From Burkholderiales bacterium (GTDB lineage: Bacteria; Pseudomonadota; Gammaproteobacteria; Burkholderiales; SG8-39): a stretch of DNA of 64,000 nt. A program made the position numbers and the translations under genes. The DNA is taken from positions 547,930-611,929 of the forward strand of contig JAOSJV010000010.1 in the NCBI GenBank assembly GCA_027493935.1, in the 5' to 3' direction. Shown here piece after piece: positions 47,788-57,975 of this stretch. The notes beneath the pieces were generated by a model. The model saw nothing but the letters and a program-made list of their open reading frames with translations, searched no databases and was not told where the DNA came from. The stretch's first letter is position 1, and the number at the start of each line of letters is the position of its first letter.

Positions 47788-48534
47788 CGCGGCCTTTCCC
47801 GACCGGGCGACCGGCTGCGGCGCCGGCTCGCCGCCGCGCATGAACATCTCCATCGCGAGCTCGCCGCCGGGCTCGACCACCACGAACTCCTCGTTCGCGT
47901 CGGCGACTTGCTCCGGCATCCGCACGAGCGCCTCGATGAGCGCGGTGGAGCCGAGCGTCTCCTCGCAGACGACGCCGCCGAAGCGCCGGTCCATGAAGTC
48001 GGCCACCGCCCGCGCGCGGGCGCGGTATTCGTCGAGCTCCTGCTGCGTGAAGCCGACGAGGCAGATCTTGCGGTAGTGCTTGTACTTCATCTCGAACAGG
48101 TAGTCGGCGGTCTCCTCGTCGAACTGCTCGACGTAGTCGTGGTAGTCGGCAAGCGGCTCGTCGCGCGCGTCGATCCAGCCCTTGGTGAGGTAGTAGGTGT
48201 TCGGGCTCGCGAAGAAGCGCTGCACGTAGCGCTGGTGCGAGCCGAGAAAGATCGCCACGCAGTCGTGGGTACGCGGCACGACGAGCGTGTGCGGCCCCGA
48301 CTTGACCCCGACCAGGCCGTTGCCGCACAGGCCGTAACCGATGATCACGGTGCTCGGCTCGGGCAGCGCGTCGATCTTCGCCTGTAGCGCCTCGGCGAGT
48401 TTCTTCGGCGAGTTGTGCAGCATGACGTCGAGCCATACCGAAGGCACTTCCGCCGGCAGCCGCTTGCCGAGGAGATCCTCCAGCACGGCGCACGAGATCA
48501 CGACGGTGGGGCGGGACTTGACGGCCGTGTCCAT
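47785..48534 (-). CDS. DUF1638-domain protein (family associated with corrinoid methyltransferase systems)
   Basis: 249 aa with VVISCAVLEDLL ... VIIGYGLCGNGLVG ... VPRTHDCVAIFLGS, matching my recollection of DUF1638. Confidence 0.65.
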   Translation of the reverse strand: MDTAVKSRPTVVISCAVLEDLLGKRLPAEVPSVWLDVMLHNSPKKLAEALQAKIDALPEPSTVIIGYGLCGNGLVGVKSGPHTLVVPRTHDCVAIFLGSHQRYVQRFFASPNTYYLTKGWIDARDEPLADYHDYVEQFDEETADYLFEMKYKHYRKICLVGFTQQELDEYRARARAVADFMDRRFGGVVCEETLGSTALIEALVRMPEQVADANEEFVVVEPGGELAMEMFMRGGEPAPQPVARSGKAA

Positions 48535-48546
48535 GGCGCTGGCCTC

Positions 48547-49967
48547 CTATGCTGCGCGCGGCCGCTGCGCCCCGAAGAGCGGGACGCGGCCGCCGAGAAC
48601 GCCCGATTCGGCGACGATCGAGGGTATCAGATGCTCCTGCCTGGCGGCCATGAGGTGGACGCCGGCGACGCCCGGGATGGCGCGGAGGCGCTGCACGAGC
48701 TCGATGCAGATCCGGCGCCCCTCCTCGCGCGCGTCGGCTGCACCCTCCAGGCGCGCCACGATCGTCTCCGGGATGTGCACGCCGGGCACCTTGGCGCGCA
48801 GCCAGCGCGCTGTCTTGGCCGATCCGACCGGCCCGACCCCGACCAGAATGCGCACGCGCTCGTGCAGCCCCGCCTCGCGCACGCGCGCCATGTAGCGCTC
48901 CAGCCGATCGAGGTCGAAGCAGTACTGGGTCTGCACGAACTGCGCGCCGGCACCGATCTTCTTCGCGAGCCGCACCACGCGGGCGTCGAATGGCGGCGCG
49001 AACGGGTTGTCGGCGGCGCCGAGAAAGAGCTGCGGTGCTGCGCCGAGCTTGCGCCCGGAAAGGAAACGCGCCTCGTCGCGCATCGTGCGCGCGGTGACGA
49101 GCAGCGACACCGCGTCGAGGTCGCCGACGTGCTTCGCCCCGGGATGGTCGCCGTTCGCCACGTTGTCGCCGGTCAGGCAGACCACGTTCCTCACGCCGAG
49201 GGCGGCGGCGCCGAGGATGTCGCCCTGGATGGCGATGCGGTTGCGGTCGCGGCAGGAGATCTGCATCACCGGCTCGCAGCCCGCCTGGAGAAGCAGCACC
49301 GACACGCCGAGGCTCGACATGTGGCAGTTCGCGCCGGAGCCGTCGGTCACGTTGAGGGCGTCCACGCAACCGGCGAAGGGCGCGAGCCGGGCGTGCACGT
49401 CGGCCGGATCGGCGGAGTCGGGCGGGGAGAACTCGGCGGTGACCACGAACGCGCCGGATTCCATCAGCCGCTCGAGCGCGCTCGCCGCGCGCGCGCGCGG
49501 CGCCGGCGGCGCCGCACGCGCCGCCTCGTCGCTGCCGGCGATCACCCGCAGCCAGCTCGAGCGCCCGACGAGGTTGTGCTCCACCGGCGGATTGGGCTCC
49601 GCGGGCAGCACCCCGGCGGCCATCTTCCGGCTCCCATGCCAGCCCTCGACCCAGACGCAGCGCACGTCCGGCTTCACCTCGCAGGTGCCGTCCGGCCGCA
49701 CGCCTCCGCACGGGCCGTTGCGCACCTGCTTCGGGCAGTTCATCGGGCAGGACATGCCGGTCACCGAGAGCGCGCAGCGCCCGCACATCTTGCAGTCGAA
49801 GAGGAAGCTCTTGACCGCGCGCTCGGCGGCCGCGAGCGGACGCTCGAGCCGCTCGAGGCCCATCGCCCGGGCGAGCGGCCTGAGCGCGCGCAGCGCGCCC
49901 GCGAGCGCATCGTACGCCCGCTCGAGCAGCCCTGCGTTGCGCACTGCCCACTTTCGCATGACGAGCA
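48547..49967 (-). CDS. Methylenetetrahydrofolate reductase with an N-terminal Cys-rich MetV-like domain (MetV-MetF fusion)
   Basis: Start at ATG 49967 (MLVMRKW). The N-terminal Cys-rich part reads CKMCGRCALSVTGMSCPMNCPKQVRNGPCGG. The MetF TIM-barrel part reads FVVTAEFSPP ... NVTDGSGA ... CLTGD ... FVQTQYCFD. Confidence 0.8.
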
Positions 49968-49981
49968 TGGCCTGATTCCCC

Positions 49982-51864
49982 CTAGACCGTCGCGAACGCC
50001 TCGGGCGAGGGCGCGAGCGCGGTGTGCGTGACGAAGAGATCCTGGAAGTCGAGGCGCGCCGAGAGCTCGAGCACCCGCAGCCGCTTCGCGAGCGCCGCGG
50101 CGCGCCGCCGGTGGCTCCGGCTGAAGAGCGCCATGCGCGCGCCGTCGCCCGCCGCGTTGCCGATCGAGCGGATACGCTCGACCGGGACCGGGGGACGAGC
50201 CCGATCTTGAGGATGTCCTCCGGCTCGAGATGGTTGCCGAAGGTGCCGGCGAGGTAGATGCGGTCGATCCGTTCGACGCCGCTCTCGGCGAGCAGGATCT
50301 CGATGCCCGCGCGCAGCGCCGACTTGCCGAGCTGCACGCTTCTCACGTCCTGCTGGGTGAGGACGATGTCGCGCCCGGTTCGCGTGTAGGGGGCTGCAAC
50401 GAGCACGAGCTCTTCGGCGCGACCGTTGGCCGATCCGCGCAGCTGCGGGTGCCGTCCGGCCTCCGCGAGTGCGCCGTCCTCGCCCACGATCCCGCTCGCC
50501 ACGAACGCCGCCACGCTCGAGATCACGCCGGAGCCGCACAGGCCGATCGGCCGCGGATCGCCCTTGCCGTCGGGCTCGCGGATCGCCGCCCAGCGGATCC
50601 GCCCGGACGGCTCCACCCAGGTGCGCTCGATCGCGCCGGGGGCCGCACGCACCCCGCAGCGGATGTGCGCCCCTTCGTACACCGGTCCGGTCGCGCACGA
50701 GGTTGCCGTGAGCACGCCCTCGTGCGCGAGCACGACCTCGCCGTTGGTGCCGACGTCCACCAGCAGGTGCGTGCCGCGGTAGAACTCGGCGCCGCGGGTG
50801 AGCACGGCGGCGAGCGTGTCGCCGCCGATGTAGCCCGCGATCGACGGGAACACGAACACGCGCGCGCGCGGCAGGATCTCCAGCCCGAGCTGCGCCGCCT
50901 CGGTCTCCACGCCCTCGGCCCACACCGGCAGGTACGGCCCGCGTCCGAGGGGCTCCGGATTCACGCCGAGCAGGAGGTGCTGCATCGTCGGGTTGCCGAC
51001 CGCCACCGCGTCGACGATGTCGCCGCGTGGCACGCCGGCCTCGGCCGCCGCCTCGGCGATCAGCCGGTTGAGCTCGGCCACCAGGAGCCGCCGCATCTCG
51101 GCGAGCGCGTCCGGATCCTTCTGGATGTGCGTCATGCGCGAGATGACGTCCTCGCCGTAGATCGCCTGCGGATTGCCGGCGGTGCGCATGGCAACGATGG
51201 CACCGGCCGCGAGATCGCACAGGAAGACCACGATCGAGGTCGTGCCGACGTCGATCGCCGCGCCGTAGAGCGCCTGCGCGCGGCCGCTCTGCAACCCGAG
51301 CACGCGCCGCTCCTGGTAGAGCGTCGCGGTGACCTCGCGCGCGCCGTCGAAGCCGGGCCGGGTGGAATACTCGGCCAGCACCTCCACCGGCAGCGCCACC
51401 GACTTGCGGCGCGCGGCGCGCGCGATCGCGCCCCTCAGGCGCTCGGCGAGCGTGCGCAGCGGCTCGCTATAGGCGCCGGGCACCTCCGCGCTCACCCGCG
51501 CGACCACCGGCCGCGGCTTGACCTGGGTCACCGTGTAGGGCTTGCGCGGCGCGCTGCGCACCGCCTGGCTCTCCGGCGGCACCGAGAGCGCGAGGTCGCC
51601 GCGCACCTCGCACAGGCAGGCCAGACGGTAGCCGCGCGCCTCGCCGCCTGGCGGCAGCAGCGCGCGCTCCTCGTCCGAAAGCGGCGTCAGGGCGTCCGGC
51701 GCGGAAGCCTCCGCATCCACCTCGATCAGGCAGCTGCCGCACTTCCCGCGCCCGCCGCAGACGGACTTGATGCCGACCCCGGCCTTCCACGCCGCGGCAA
51801 GCAGCCGCTCGCCCCGCCGGACTTCCGCGGCGCGCGAGTCGGGATGGAAGGTGACGCGCGGCAT
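49982..51864 (-). pseudogene. Corrinoid reductive activase (RACo/RamA-like: 2Fe-2S ferredoxin domain plus ASKHA/DUF4445 ATPase); frameshift in the G5 run 50190..50194
   Basis: Start at ATG 51864 (MPRVTFHP ... CGGRGKCGSCLIEV). The ASKHA motifs AIDVGTTSIV and LVDVGTNGEV are present. After ..EDILKIGLVP the C-terminus continues in the frame of ORF 49982..51220 (VPVERIRSIGNAAGDGARMAL...). Confidence 0.8.
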
Positions 51865-51895
51865 CGGCGATCGACCCCGGGTGCGGAACGCCTCC

Positions 51896-52696
51896 TCAGG
51901 CGGCGACGCGTCCGGCCTGGAACGCCTCGATGAACCCCATGCAGTACTCGTCGCGCCCGAACACCGCGCGTGCGGCATGCATGGCCGACACGAGCTGCGC
52001 GTCGGTCGGATCGATGATCGCGGCGTCCATGCCGCGGCTCATCGCGGCGACGAGGAAGGTGCGGTTGACGAGCTTGCGCGCCGGCAGGCCGTGCGACACG
52101 TTGGTGAGGCCGCAGATCGTGTGCACCCCGGGGTAGCGGCGCATGATCTCGCCGATCGCCTCGACGGTCACCTGCGCCGAGGCCGAGTCGGTGCCGAGCG
52201 GGAAGACCAGCGGATCGACGTAGATGTCGTCGAGCGCGATCCCCGCGCGCGTGAGCCGCTCGACGAGCTCGGCGGCGAGCGCGACCTTGCCGTCGACGCT
52301 GGTCGCGGGGGTCCCCTCGCCTTGGCAGAGGGCGACCAGCTTCGCGCGGTGCTCGAGTGCGAGCGCGAGGACGCGGTCGAAGCGCTCGCGCTCGAGGTTG
52401 ATCGAGTTGATCATCGGCGGCCGCGTCGTCAACCGCGGCAGCGCCGCGGCGAGCGCCGCCGGGTCGGGCGAGTCGAGGCACAGCGGCTTGTCGGTCACCG
52501 CCTGCACCGTGTCCACCAGCCAGGCCAGCAGCTCGGGCTCGCGTCCCGGGAAGGTGCCGCCGTTCACGTCGATGTAGTCGGCGCCGGCGGCGGCCTGGTC
52601 GATCGCCTCGCGCTGGATCGCCGCGGCGTCCATCGCCTCGAGCGCGGCGCGGATCGCCTTGCGCGAGGCGTTGATCCGCTCGGCGACGATCAGCAT
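51896..52696 (-). CDS. Methyltetrahydrofolate:corrinoid methyltransferase (pterin-binding, MT-II/CmuB/AcsE-like)
   Basis: Start at ATG 52696 (MLIVAERINASRKAIRAAL ... ADYIDVNGG ... LCLDSPD ... INSIN ... DPLVFPLGT), a DHPS-like pterin-binding barrel. Confidence 0.8.
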   Translation of the reverse strand: MLIVAERINASRKAIRAALEAMDAAAIQREAIDQAAAGADYIDVNGGTFPGREPELLAWLVDTVQAVTDKPLCLDSPDPAALAAALPRLTTRPPMINSINLERERFDRVLALALEHRAKLVALCQGEGTPATSVDGKVALAAELVERLTRAGIALDDIYVDPLVFPLGTDSASAQVTVEAIGEIMRRYPGVHTICGLTNVSHGLPARKLVNRTFLVAAMSRGMDAAIIDPTDAQLVSAMHAARAVFGRDEYCMGFIEAFQAGRVAA

Positions 52697-52698
52697 GG

Positions 52699-53784
52699 TC
52701 AGGTGTATTTCCCGTACTTCCTGATCGCGCGCGACATCGCCCAGACGTTCTCCACCTTGCAGTAGTCGGTGATGCTGTTCGCGCTCGAGATCATGTAGCC
52801 GCCGCCCTTGCCGACGCGCTCGATGCGGTCCTTCACCTCGGCCTCGACCTCGGCCTCGGTGCCGCGCGGCAGCGTGTAGTCGAGGTCGATGTTGCCGACG
52901 ATGCACACGCGCTCGCCGTACCTCGCCTTCAACTGGTTGATGTCCATCGCCGAGGGCTGCACCGGGTGGATGCCGCTCATGCCGAGCTGGACCAGCCCGT
53001 CGAGGATCGGGAACAGGTTGCCGTCGCTGTGGAAGATCCACGGCTTGCGGATCTCGTTCGCGACCATCATCTGGTAGGGCCTGAAGAACTCCTCCCACAT
53101 TTCCATGTTGATCCACGGCGCCTTGGTGTCGGCGTGGTCGTCGTTCGCCCAGATGAAGTCGAAGTCCATCTTGTTGAGATGCTGCACCACGCGCGCGGAC
53201 CACTCCGAGAAGCGGCGGTGGATCTCCTTCACGAGATCGGGTTCCTCGTACAGCATGATCGAGAACACGTCGAGCCCCATGCTCTCGAAGGTGCTCGCGC
53301 TGCCGAGCCGGATGCGCGCGAAGACCGCGTAATCCTCGCGGTACTTCGCCAGCCACTCGGCGACCTGCTCGTAGCGGCCGGGGTGGTCCGGATCGGGCAG
53401 GAAGCGGTCGAAGAGCTCGAGCGAAGCGCGGTCGGTGAGCAGCCCGCGCTTGACGTAGGTGCGCCCGGTCTTCGCGTCGGTGCCCATCTCGGCGATCCAC
53501 GGCGGCACGAAGTCGAACGTGATCCGCGTCGGCCGGTACCAGGCCTCCTTGCCGGTCTTGCCGGTGGTCTGGATCGACTGGCCGTCGGAGGCGTGCTGCC
53601 CGCTCGGAAAGTGGTAGCCGAAGCCGTCCATGCCGAGCGCGCGGCAGAGCTCGCCCGGGGTGAAGTCGGTACGCCCGCCCATGAGGCGGACCTGGATGTC
53701 CTCCTCGACGTCGTTCTCGATCCACGGCACCTGGTCGGGCTGCCCGCGCCTGAGCGCCGTCAGCACGCGTTCTCTCGGGGTCAT
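52699..53784 (-). CDS. URO-D-family (MtaA/CmuA-N-like) substrate:corrinoid methyltransferase
   Basis: 361 aa in a uroporphyrinogen-decarboxylase-like fold (RERVLTALRRGQPDQVPW ... IWANDDHADTK ... FHSDGN ... GIHPVQP). It sits between the corrinoid protein gene and the MT-II gene. Confidence 0.7.
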   Translation of the reverse strand: MTPRERVLTALRRGQPDQVPWIENDVEEDIQVRLMGGRTDFTPGELCRALGMDGFGYHFPSGQHASDGQSIQTTGKTGKEAWYRPTRITFDFVPPWIAEMGTDAKTGRTYVKRGLLTDRASLELFDRFLPDPDHPGRYEQVAEWLAKYREDYAVFARIRLGSASTFESMGLDVFSIMLYEEPDLVKEIHRRFSEWSARVVQHLNKMDFDFIWANDDHADTKAPWINMEMWEEFFRPYQMMVANEIRKPWIFHSDGNLFPILDGLVQLGMSGIHPVQPSAMDINQLKARYGERVCIVGNIDLDYTLPRGTEAEVEAEVKDRIERVGKGGGYMISSANSITDYCKVENVWAMSRAIRKYGKYT

Positions 53785-53817
53785 CGTCTGCTCCTCTCGG
53801 TCCGCGGGCGGTCGCGC

Positions 53818-54453
53818 TCAGTGCAGCATGCGGTTGCAGGTCTCGACGCAGCCGTACGCGTCCTGGCTGTAGAAATCGGCGCCGATCTCGTCGGCGAACT
53901 TCTGGGTGAGCGGCGCCCCGCCCACGCCCACCCGCACCGCCGCGCGCACCCCGGCGGCGTCGAGCGCCTCGATCGTGCGGCGCATGCTCTCCATCGTGAG
54001 CGTGATGAGCGCGCTCATCAGCACGAAGTTGGGTGTCTCGTTGGCAACCGCCTCGACGAACTTCTCCGGGCCGACATCGACGCCCAGGTCGACCACCTCG
54101 TAGCCCGCGCCCTCGAGCATCATCTTGACGATGTTCTTGCCGATGTCGTGGAAGTCGCCGGCCACGGTGCCGATCACCGCCTTGCCGCGCTTCGCGGCGG
54201 CCTCGCCCACCAGGTGCGGCTTCAGCACCGGGATCACCTCGGTCATCGCGCGCGCCGCGATCATCATCTGCGGCAGGAAGAACTCCCCGGTCGAGTAGCG
54301 CCGCCCCACCTCCGACATCGCGGCGATCAGCCCGTCCTTCATGATCGCCCCGGCGTCGACGCCGGCGGCGAGCGCGCGCCGCGCCTCCTCCGCCGCCTCG
54401 TTGCGCTTGCCGCGGATCACCCAGTCCCTGATCGCCTCGATCGCCTGCGTCAT
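53818..54453 (-). CDS. Cobalamin-binding corrinoid protein (B12-binding_2 cap plus Rossmann domain)
   Basis: Start at ATG 54453 (MTQAIEAI). It carries the DxHxxG motif GDFHDIGKNIV, SALITLTM and VGGAP. Confidence 0.88.
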   Translation of the reverse strand: MTQAIEAIRDWVIRGKRNEAAEEARRALAAGVDAGAIMKDGLIAAMSEVGRRYSTGEFFLPQMMIAARAMTEVIPVLKPHLVGEAAAKRGKAVIGTVAGDFHDIGKNIVKMMLEGAGYEVVDLGVDVGPEKFVEAVANETPNFVLMSALITLTMESMRRTIEALDAAGVRAAVRVGVGGAPLTQKFADEIGADFYSQDAYGCVETCNRMLH

Positions 54454-54565
54454 GCCGTCCTCGCCTCCCCCGTCCGCGCGCCGGATGGCGCGCTGGTATG
54501 TAACTGATATATTACGCGCCGGGCCGGGCGTCATCAACCGCTTTCTGCCGCGCGTTTGATCGGCA

Positions 54566-55993
54566 TCAAGCGTCGCCGGCCGGCGGATGGTGCGCTGCGT
54601 CATCGGGGGCGGTGCGGTCGGCGCCCGTCCCGCGCACGCCGGTCCGGGTCAGTGCACCGGCCGCGCCGAGCTGCGCGCCGTCCTGGTTGAGGCGAGCACG
54701 GAGCTCCTCCCCCCGGAGGGCGCGCGGCTCGCAGCCGGCCTCGATGCACATGGCCGCCGCGTGGCCGACCGCGTGGCCGTAGGCGAAGCACTGCGCGGTC
54801 ACCCGTGCCGACGCGACCGCCTCGTGCTCGGCCGAAAGGCAGCGGCCGGCGAAGAGCAGACCCTCGCCGCGCGCGGGGACGAAGCATCCGTAGGGCACCT
54901 CGTACCAGTCGTCGAGCAGCCATTCGACCCGCGGCCTGGCCCCTGCGTGCAGCTCGATCGGCCAGGGCGAGCGCGCGATCGCGTCGGCGAACTTGGCGCC
55001 GCGCACGACGTCGGCGTTGGCGAGCAGCGCGACCCCGCGGCCCTGGCGCGTCTGGCGCACCCCGACCTGCACCCCGGTGTCGTTGACCCAGCTCGCCTCG
55101 CAGCCGGCAAGGTGGTCGCGGAAGAAGCGCGCGTACTCGCGCACCTGGCGCCGCCCCGCCGTCTCGGCCTCGGTGAAGTCGGCGGCGTAGAGCGTGTTCA
55201 GCTCGCGCCCGTCGGGGCCGACCACCCGCGTGCAGTTGCACAGGAGCTCGCCGGGTCGCGTGGTCGTGAACAGCCAGATCTTGGCGCGCGGCAACGCGTA
55301 GCCCTTGCCGTCGTGCCGGCGCAGGAGCGCCGACACTTCCTGCGGCATGATCGTGTCCGCGCCGTAGGCCCGCAGGAACCGCGCGGTATCGACCCCGCCG
55401 AGACGGAAGATCATGGTCGGGTTCTGCACCCTGCCGTCGTCGCCGACGAGCGACGGCATCCCCGCCATTGCCAGCACGTCGGCGTCGCCGCTGGCGTCGA
55501 TCGTGATCCGGGCGCGGATTGCGAGCTTGCCCTGCTTGGTAGAGGCGACGAGCCCGCACACGCGGTCGCCGTCGACCAGCGCCTCGGTCACGGTGGCGTG
55601 CAGAAAGACGCGTACGCCGGCCTCGCTCAGGAGATGATCGGCGGCCTCGCGCCACACCAGCGGATCGTGCACCCGCGTGAAAGTCTTGCCGTAGCGCACC
55701 GGCGGCGTGATCCCGCCGCGGCGCTCGAGCAGGCGCACGAATTCGTCGGCGAATCCGAATACCACCTGCTCGGGATGCGCGTGCGGGCGGTCGCTCGCCG
55801 CGTAGAGCCCGCACACGGTGCCCGACATTCCGGCCACCGCGCCGCCGCCGCAGAAGCCGTAGCGCTCGACCAGCACGACGCGCATCCCCCGGCGCGCCGC
55901 GGTGACCGCCGCCGCCACGCCCGCGGCGCCGCCGCCGGCCACCGCGACGTCGGCGTCGATCGAGATGCCGGCGCGCAGGTCGATCGGTGTCAT
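54566..55993 (-). CDS. FAD-dependent oxidoreductase (FAD_oxidored/PF12831-like)
   Basis: 475 aa with an N-terminal dinucleotide fold (DVAVAGGGAAGVAAAVTAARRGMRVVLVE). Confidence 0.7.
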   Translation of the reverse strand: MTPIDLRAGISIDADVAVAGGGAAGVAAAVTAARRGMRVVLVERYGFCGGGAVAGMSGTVCGLYAASDRPHAHPEQVVFGFADEFVRLLERRGGITPPVRYGKTFTRVHDPLVWREAADHLLSEAGVRVFLHATVTEALVDGDRVCGLVASTKQGKLAIRARITIDASGDADVLAMAGMPSLVGDDGRVQNPTMIFRLGGVDTARFLRAYGADTIMPQEVSALLRRHDGKGYALPRAKIWLFTTTRPGELLCNCTRVVGPDGRELNTLYAADFTEAETAGRRQVREYARFFRDHLAGCEASWVNDTGVQVGVRQTRQGRGVALLANADVVRGAKFADAIARSPWPIELHAGARPRVEWLLDDWYEVPYGCFVPARGEGLLFAGRCLSAEHEAVASARVTAQCFAYGHAVGHAAAMCIEAGCEPRALRGEELRARLNQDGAQLGAAGALTRTGVRGTGADRTAPDDAAHHPPAGDA

Positions 55994-56027
55994 GACGAGG
56001 CCCGCGTCCGATGCGGTGCGCGGCGGC

Positions 56028-57350
56028 CTAGTTGAAGCCGAGCAGCTTGCTCGGCAGCCACAGCACGGTCTGCGGGAAAGCCATCACGATCGCGAGCGTC
56101 AGCGCCTGCAGCAGGATGAACGGCACCACGCCCTTGTACATGTCCAGCAACGTGATGGAGGGCGGCGCGATGCCGCGCAGGTAGAAGATGGCCGGCGCGA
56201 GCGGCGGCGTGAGGTAGCTCGTCTGGATCACGATCAGGAACAGGATGCAGAACCAGACCGGGTTGAAGCCGGCGCCGTTCACCAGCGGCATGAAGATCGG
56301 GATGAAGATCAGCAGGATCGAGATCCAGTCGAGCACGAATCCGGCCAGGAACGCGAGCCCGAGCAGCAGGAAGAGCAGCGCCCACGCGTGCAGGTCGAGG
56401 TAGGTGACGAGCTGGTTGGTGAGCGCGATGCCGCCGGCAGCGAAGAAGACCCCGGTGAAGATCGTGCCGCCGAGCAGGATGCCCATGATCATCGAGGTGA
56501 TGCGCAGCGTCTTCATCACCGAGTCCCTGAGCATCGCGAAGTTGAACCGGCGGTAGAAGAGCGTGAGCAGGATCGCGCCGAAGGCGCCGAGCGCGGCGGC
56601 CTCGGTGGGCGCCGCCCACCCGAACATGATCGAGCCGAGCACCGCGAAGATCATGAAGAGCGGCGGCACCAGCGCATGCGCGGTGACGCGCAGCCGCAGC
56701 GCGAGCGGCGGATCGTCTGCCCCCGGCGGGATGCGCGGTCCGGCCGCCGGCCGGATCACGCACAGCAGGAAGATGTAGAGCACGTAGAGTCCGGCCATGA
56801 TCAGGCCGGGAAAGATCATTCCCACCAGCAGGTCGCCGACCGAGACGTTTGCCACCGGCCCGAGCACCACCACCACCACCGACGGCGGGATGATGGTGCC
56901 GAGCGAGCCGCCGGCGCAGATCGTGCCGCAGATGAGCGGCTTGTTGTATGCGTATTTCAGCATCACCGGGATCGCCAGCAGCCCGACCACCGTCTCGGTC
57001 GCGCCGATCACCCCGGTCGAGGCGGCGAAGATCACGCACATGATCACGGTGCCGAGCGCCAGCCCGCCGGGCAGGCGCCGGGTCCACAGATGCACCGCCT
57101 CGAAGAGTGCCTCGGCGATGCCCGAGCGTTCGAGCATGGTGCCCATGAACACGAAGAGCGGCACCGCGGCCAGCACGAAATTCGAGCCGATGTCCTCGAT
57201 CTTCTCCATGAACTGGAAGATCACGGCGCCCTTGAAGACGAGAAAACCGAACAGGAGCGCGGTGCCGGCGAGCGCGAACGCGACGTGCACCCCCAGGAAG
57301 ATGAGCACGAACATCGCCGCGATCATGAAGATCGGCAGCAGCTCGCTCAT
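56028..57350 (-). CDS. TRAP transporter large permease (DctM family)
   Basis: Start at ATG 57350 (MSELLPIFMIAAMF). Polytopic protein of about 440 aa, DctM-like. The start overlaps the DctQ-like stop codon (ATGA). Confidence 0.88.
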   Translation of the reverse strand: MSELLPIFMIAAMFVLIFLGVHVAFALAGTALLFGFLVFKGAVIFQFMEKIEDIGSNFVLAAVPLFVFMGTMLERSGIAEALFEAVHLWTRRLPGGLALGTVIMCVIFAASTGVIGATETVVGLLAIPVMLKYAYNKPLICGTICAGGSLGTIIPPSVVVVVLGPVANVSVGDLLVGMIFPGLIMAGLYVLYIFLLCVIRPAAGPRIPPGADDPPLALRLRVTAHALVPPLFMIFAVLGSIMFGWAAPTEAAALGAFGAILLTLFYRRFNFAMLRDSVMKTLRITSMIMGILLGGTIFTGVFFAAGGIALTNQLVTYLDLHAWALLFLLLGLAFLAGFVLDWISILLIFIPIFMPLVNGAGFNPVWFCILFLIVIQTSYLTPPLAPAIFYLRGIAPPSITLLDMYKGVVPFILLQALTLAIVMAFPQTVLWLPSKLLGFN

Positions 57351-57865
57351 CGCCGTGCCCCCGGAGCGGAGCGGCCGGTGAGGACCAGGTAGCAGCGGAT
57401 GAGCTGTGCGAGCCCCTGCAGCGCGAGCAGCACGAACGCCGTGCACATCACCAGCCGGAACGGCCAGATCACCGGATTGAAGGCCGACATACCCGAGCGT
57501 TCCTGGCTCGCGTAGGCCTTCACCACCTTCTCCCAGAAGCCGATCGAGAGCCACACCGCCAGCGGCAGCAGCAGCACGACGTAGGTGAAGGTGTCGATCA
57601 GCGCCTGCGCCTTGCGCGAGGCGCGCGCGTAGAAGAGGTCGACGCGCACGTGCTCGTTCTCGCGCAGAGTGTAGGCGAGCCCGATCAGGAAATGGGTGCC
57701 CATCACCAGGTAGCCGACTTCGAAGGCCCACAGCGTCGGCTCGCCGAGCACGTAGCGCGAGAACACCTCGTAGCAGCTCGCCGCGATCAGCGGAATGACG
57801 AGCCAGGCCGCGACGGCCCCGGCGGAGCCGCTCACGCGGTCGAGAAAGCGCAGCAGCGGGATCAT
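57347..57865 (-). CDS. TRAP transporter small permease (DctQ family)
   Basis: Start at ATG 57865 (MIPLLRFLDRVSG). About 172 aa with four TM segments. Confidence 0.8.
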   Translation of the reverse strand: MIPLLRFLDRVSGSAGAVAAWLVIPLIAASCYEVFSRYVLGEPTLWAFEVGYLVMGTHFLIGLAYTLRENEHVRVDLFYARASRKAQALIDTFTYVVLLLPLAVWLSIGFWEKVVKAYASQERSGMSAFNPVIWPFRLVMCTAFVLLALQGLAQLIRCYLVLTGRSAPGARR

Positions 57866-57975
57866 GCGCGAGGCGTCATGCGCGGCGCGCCGCGGCGCGG
57901 TGCGGTTGCTGCCGCGCGCGGGCAAAAAGAAAACCGGCCGGCGCGCGGCTCGCCGCGGCTTCCGGCCGGCGCCGG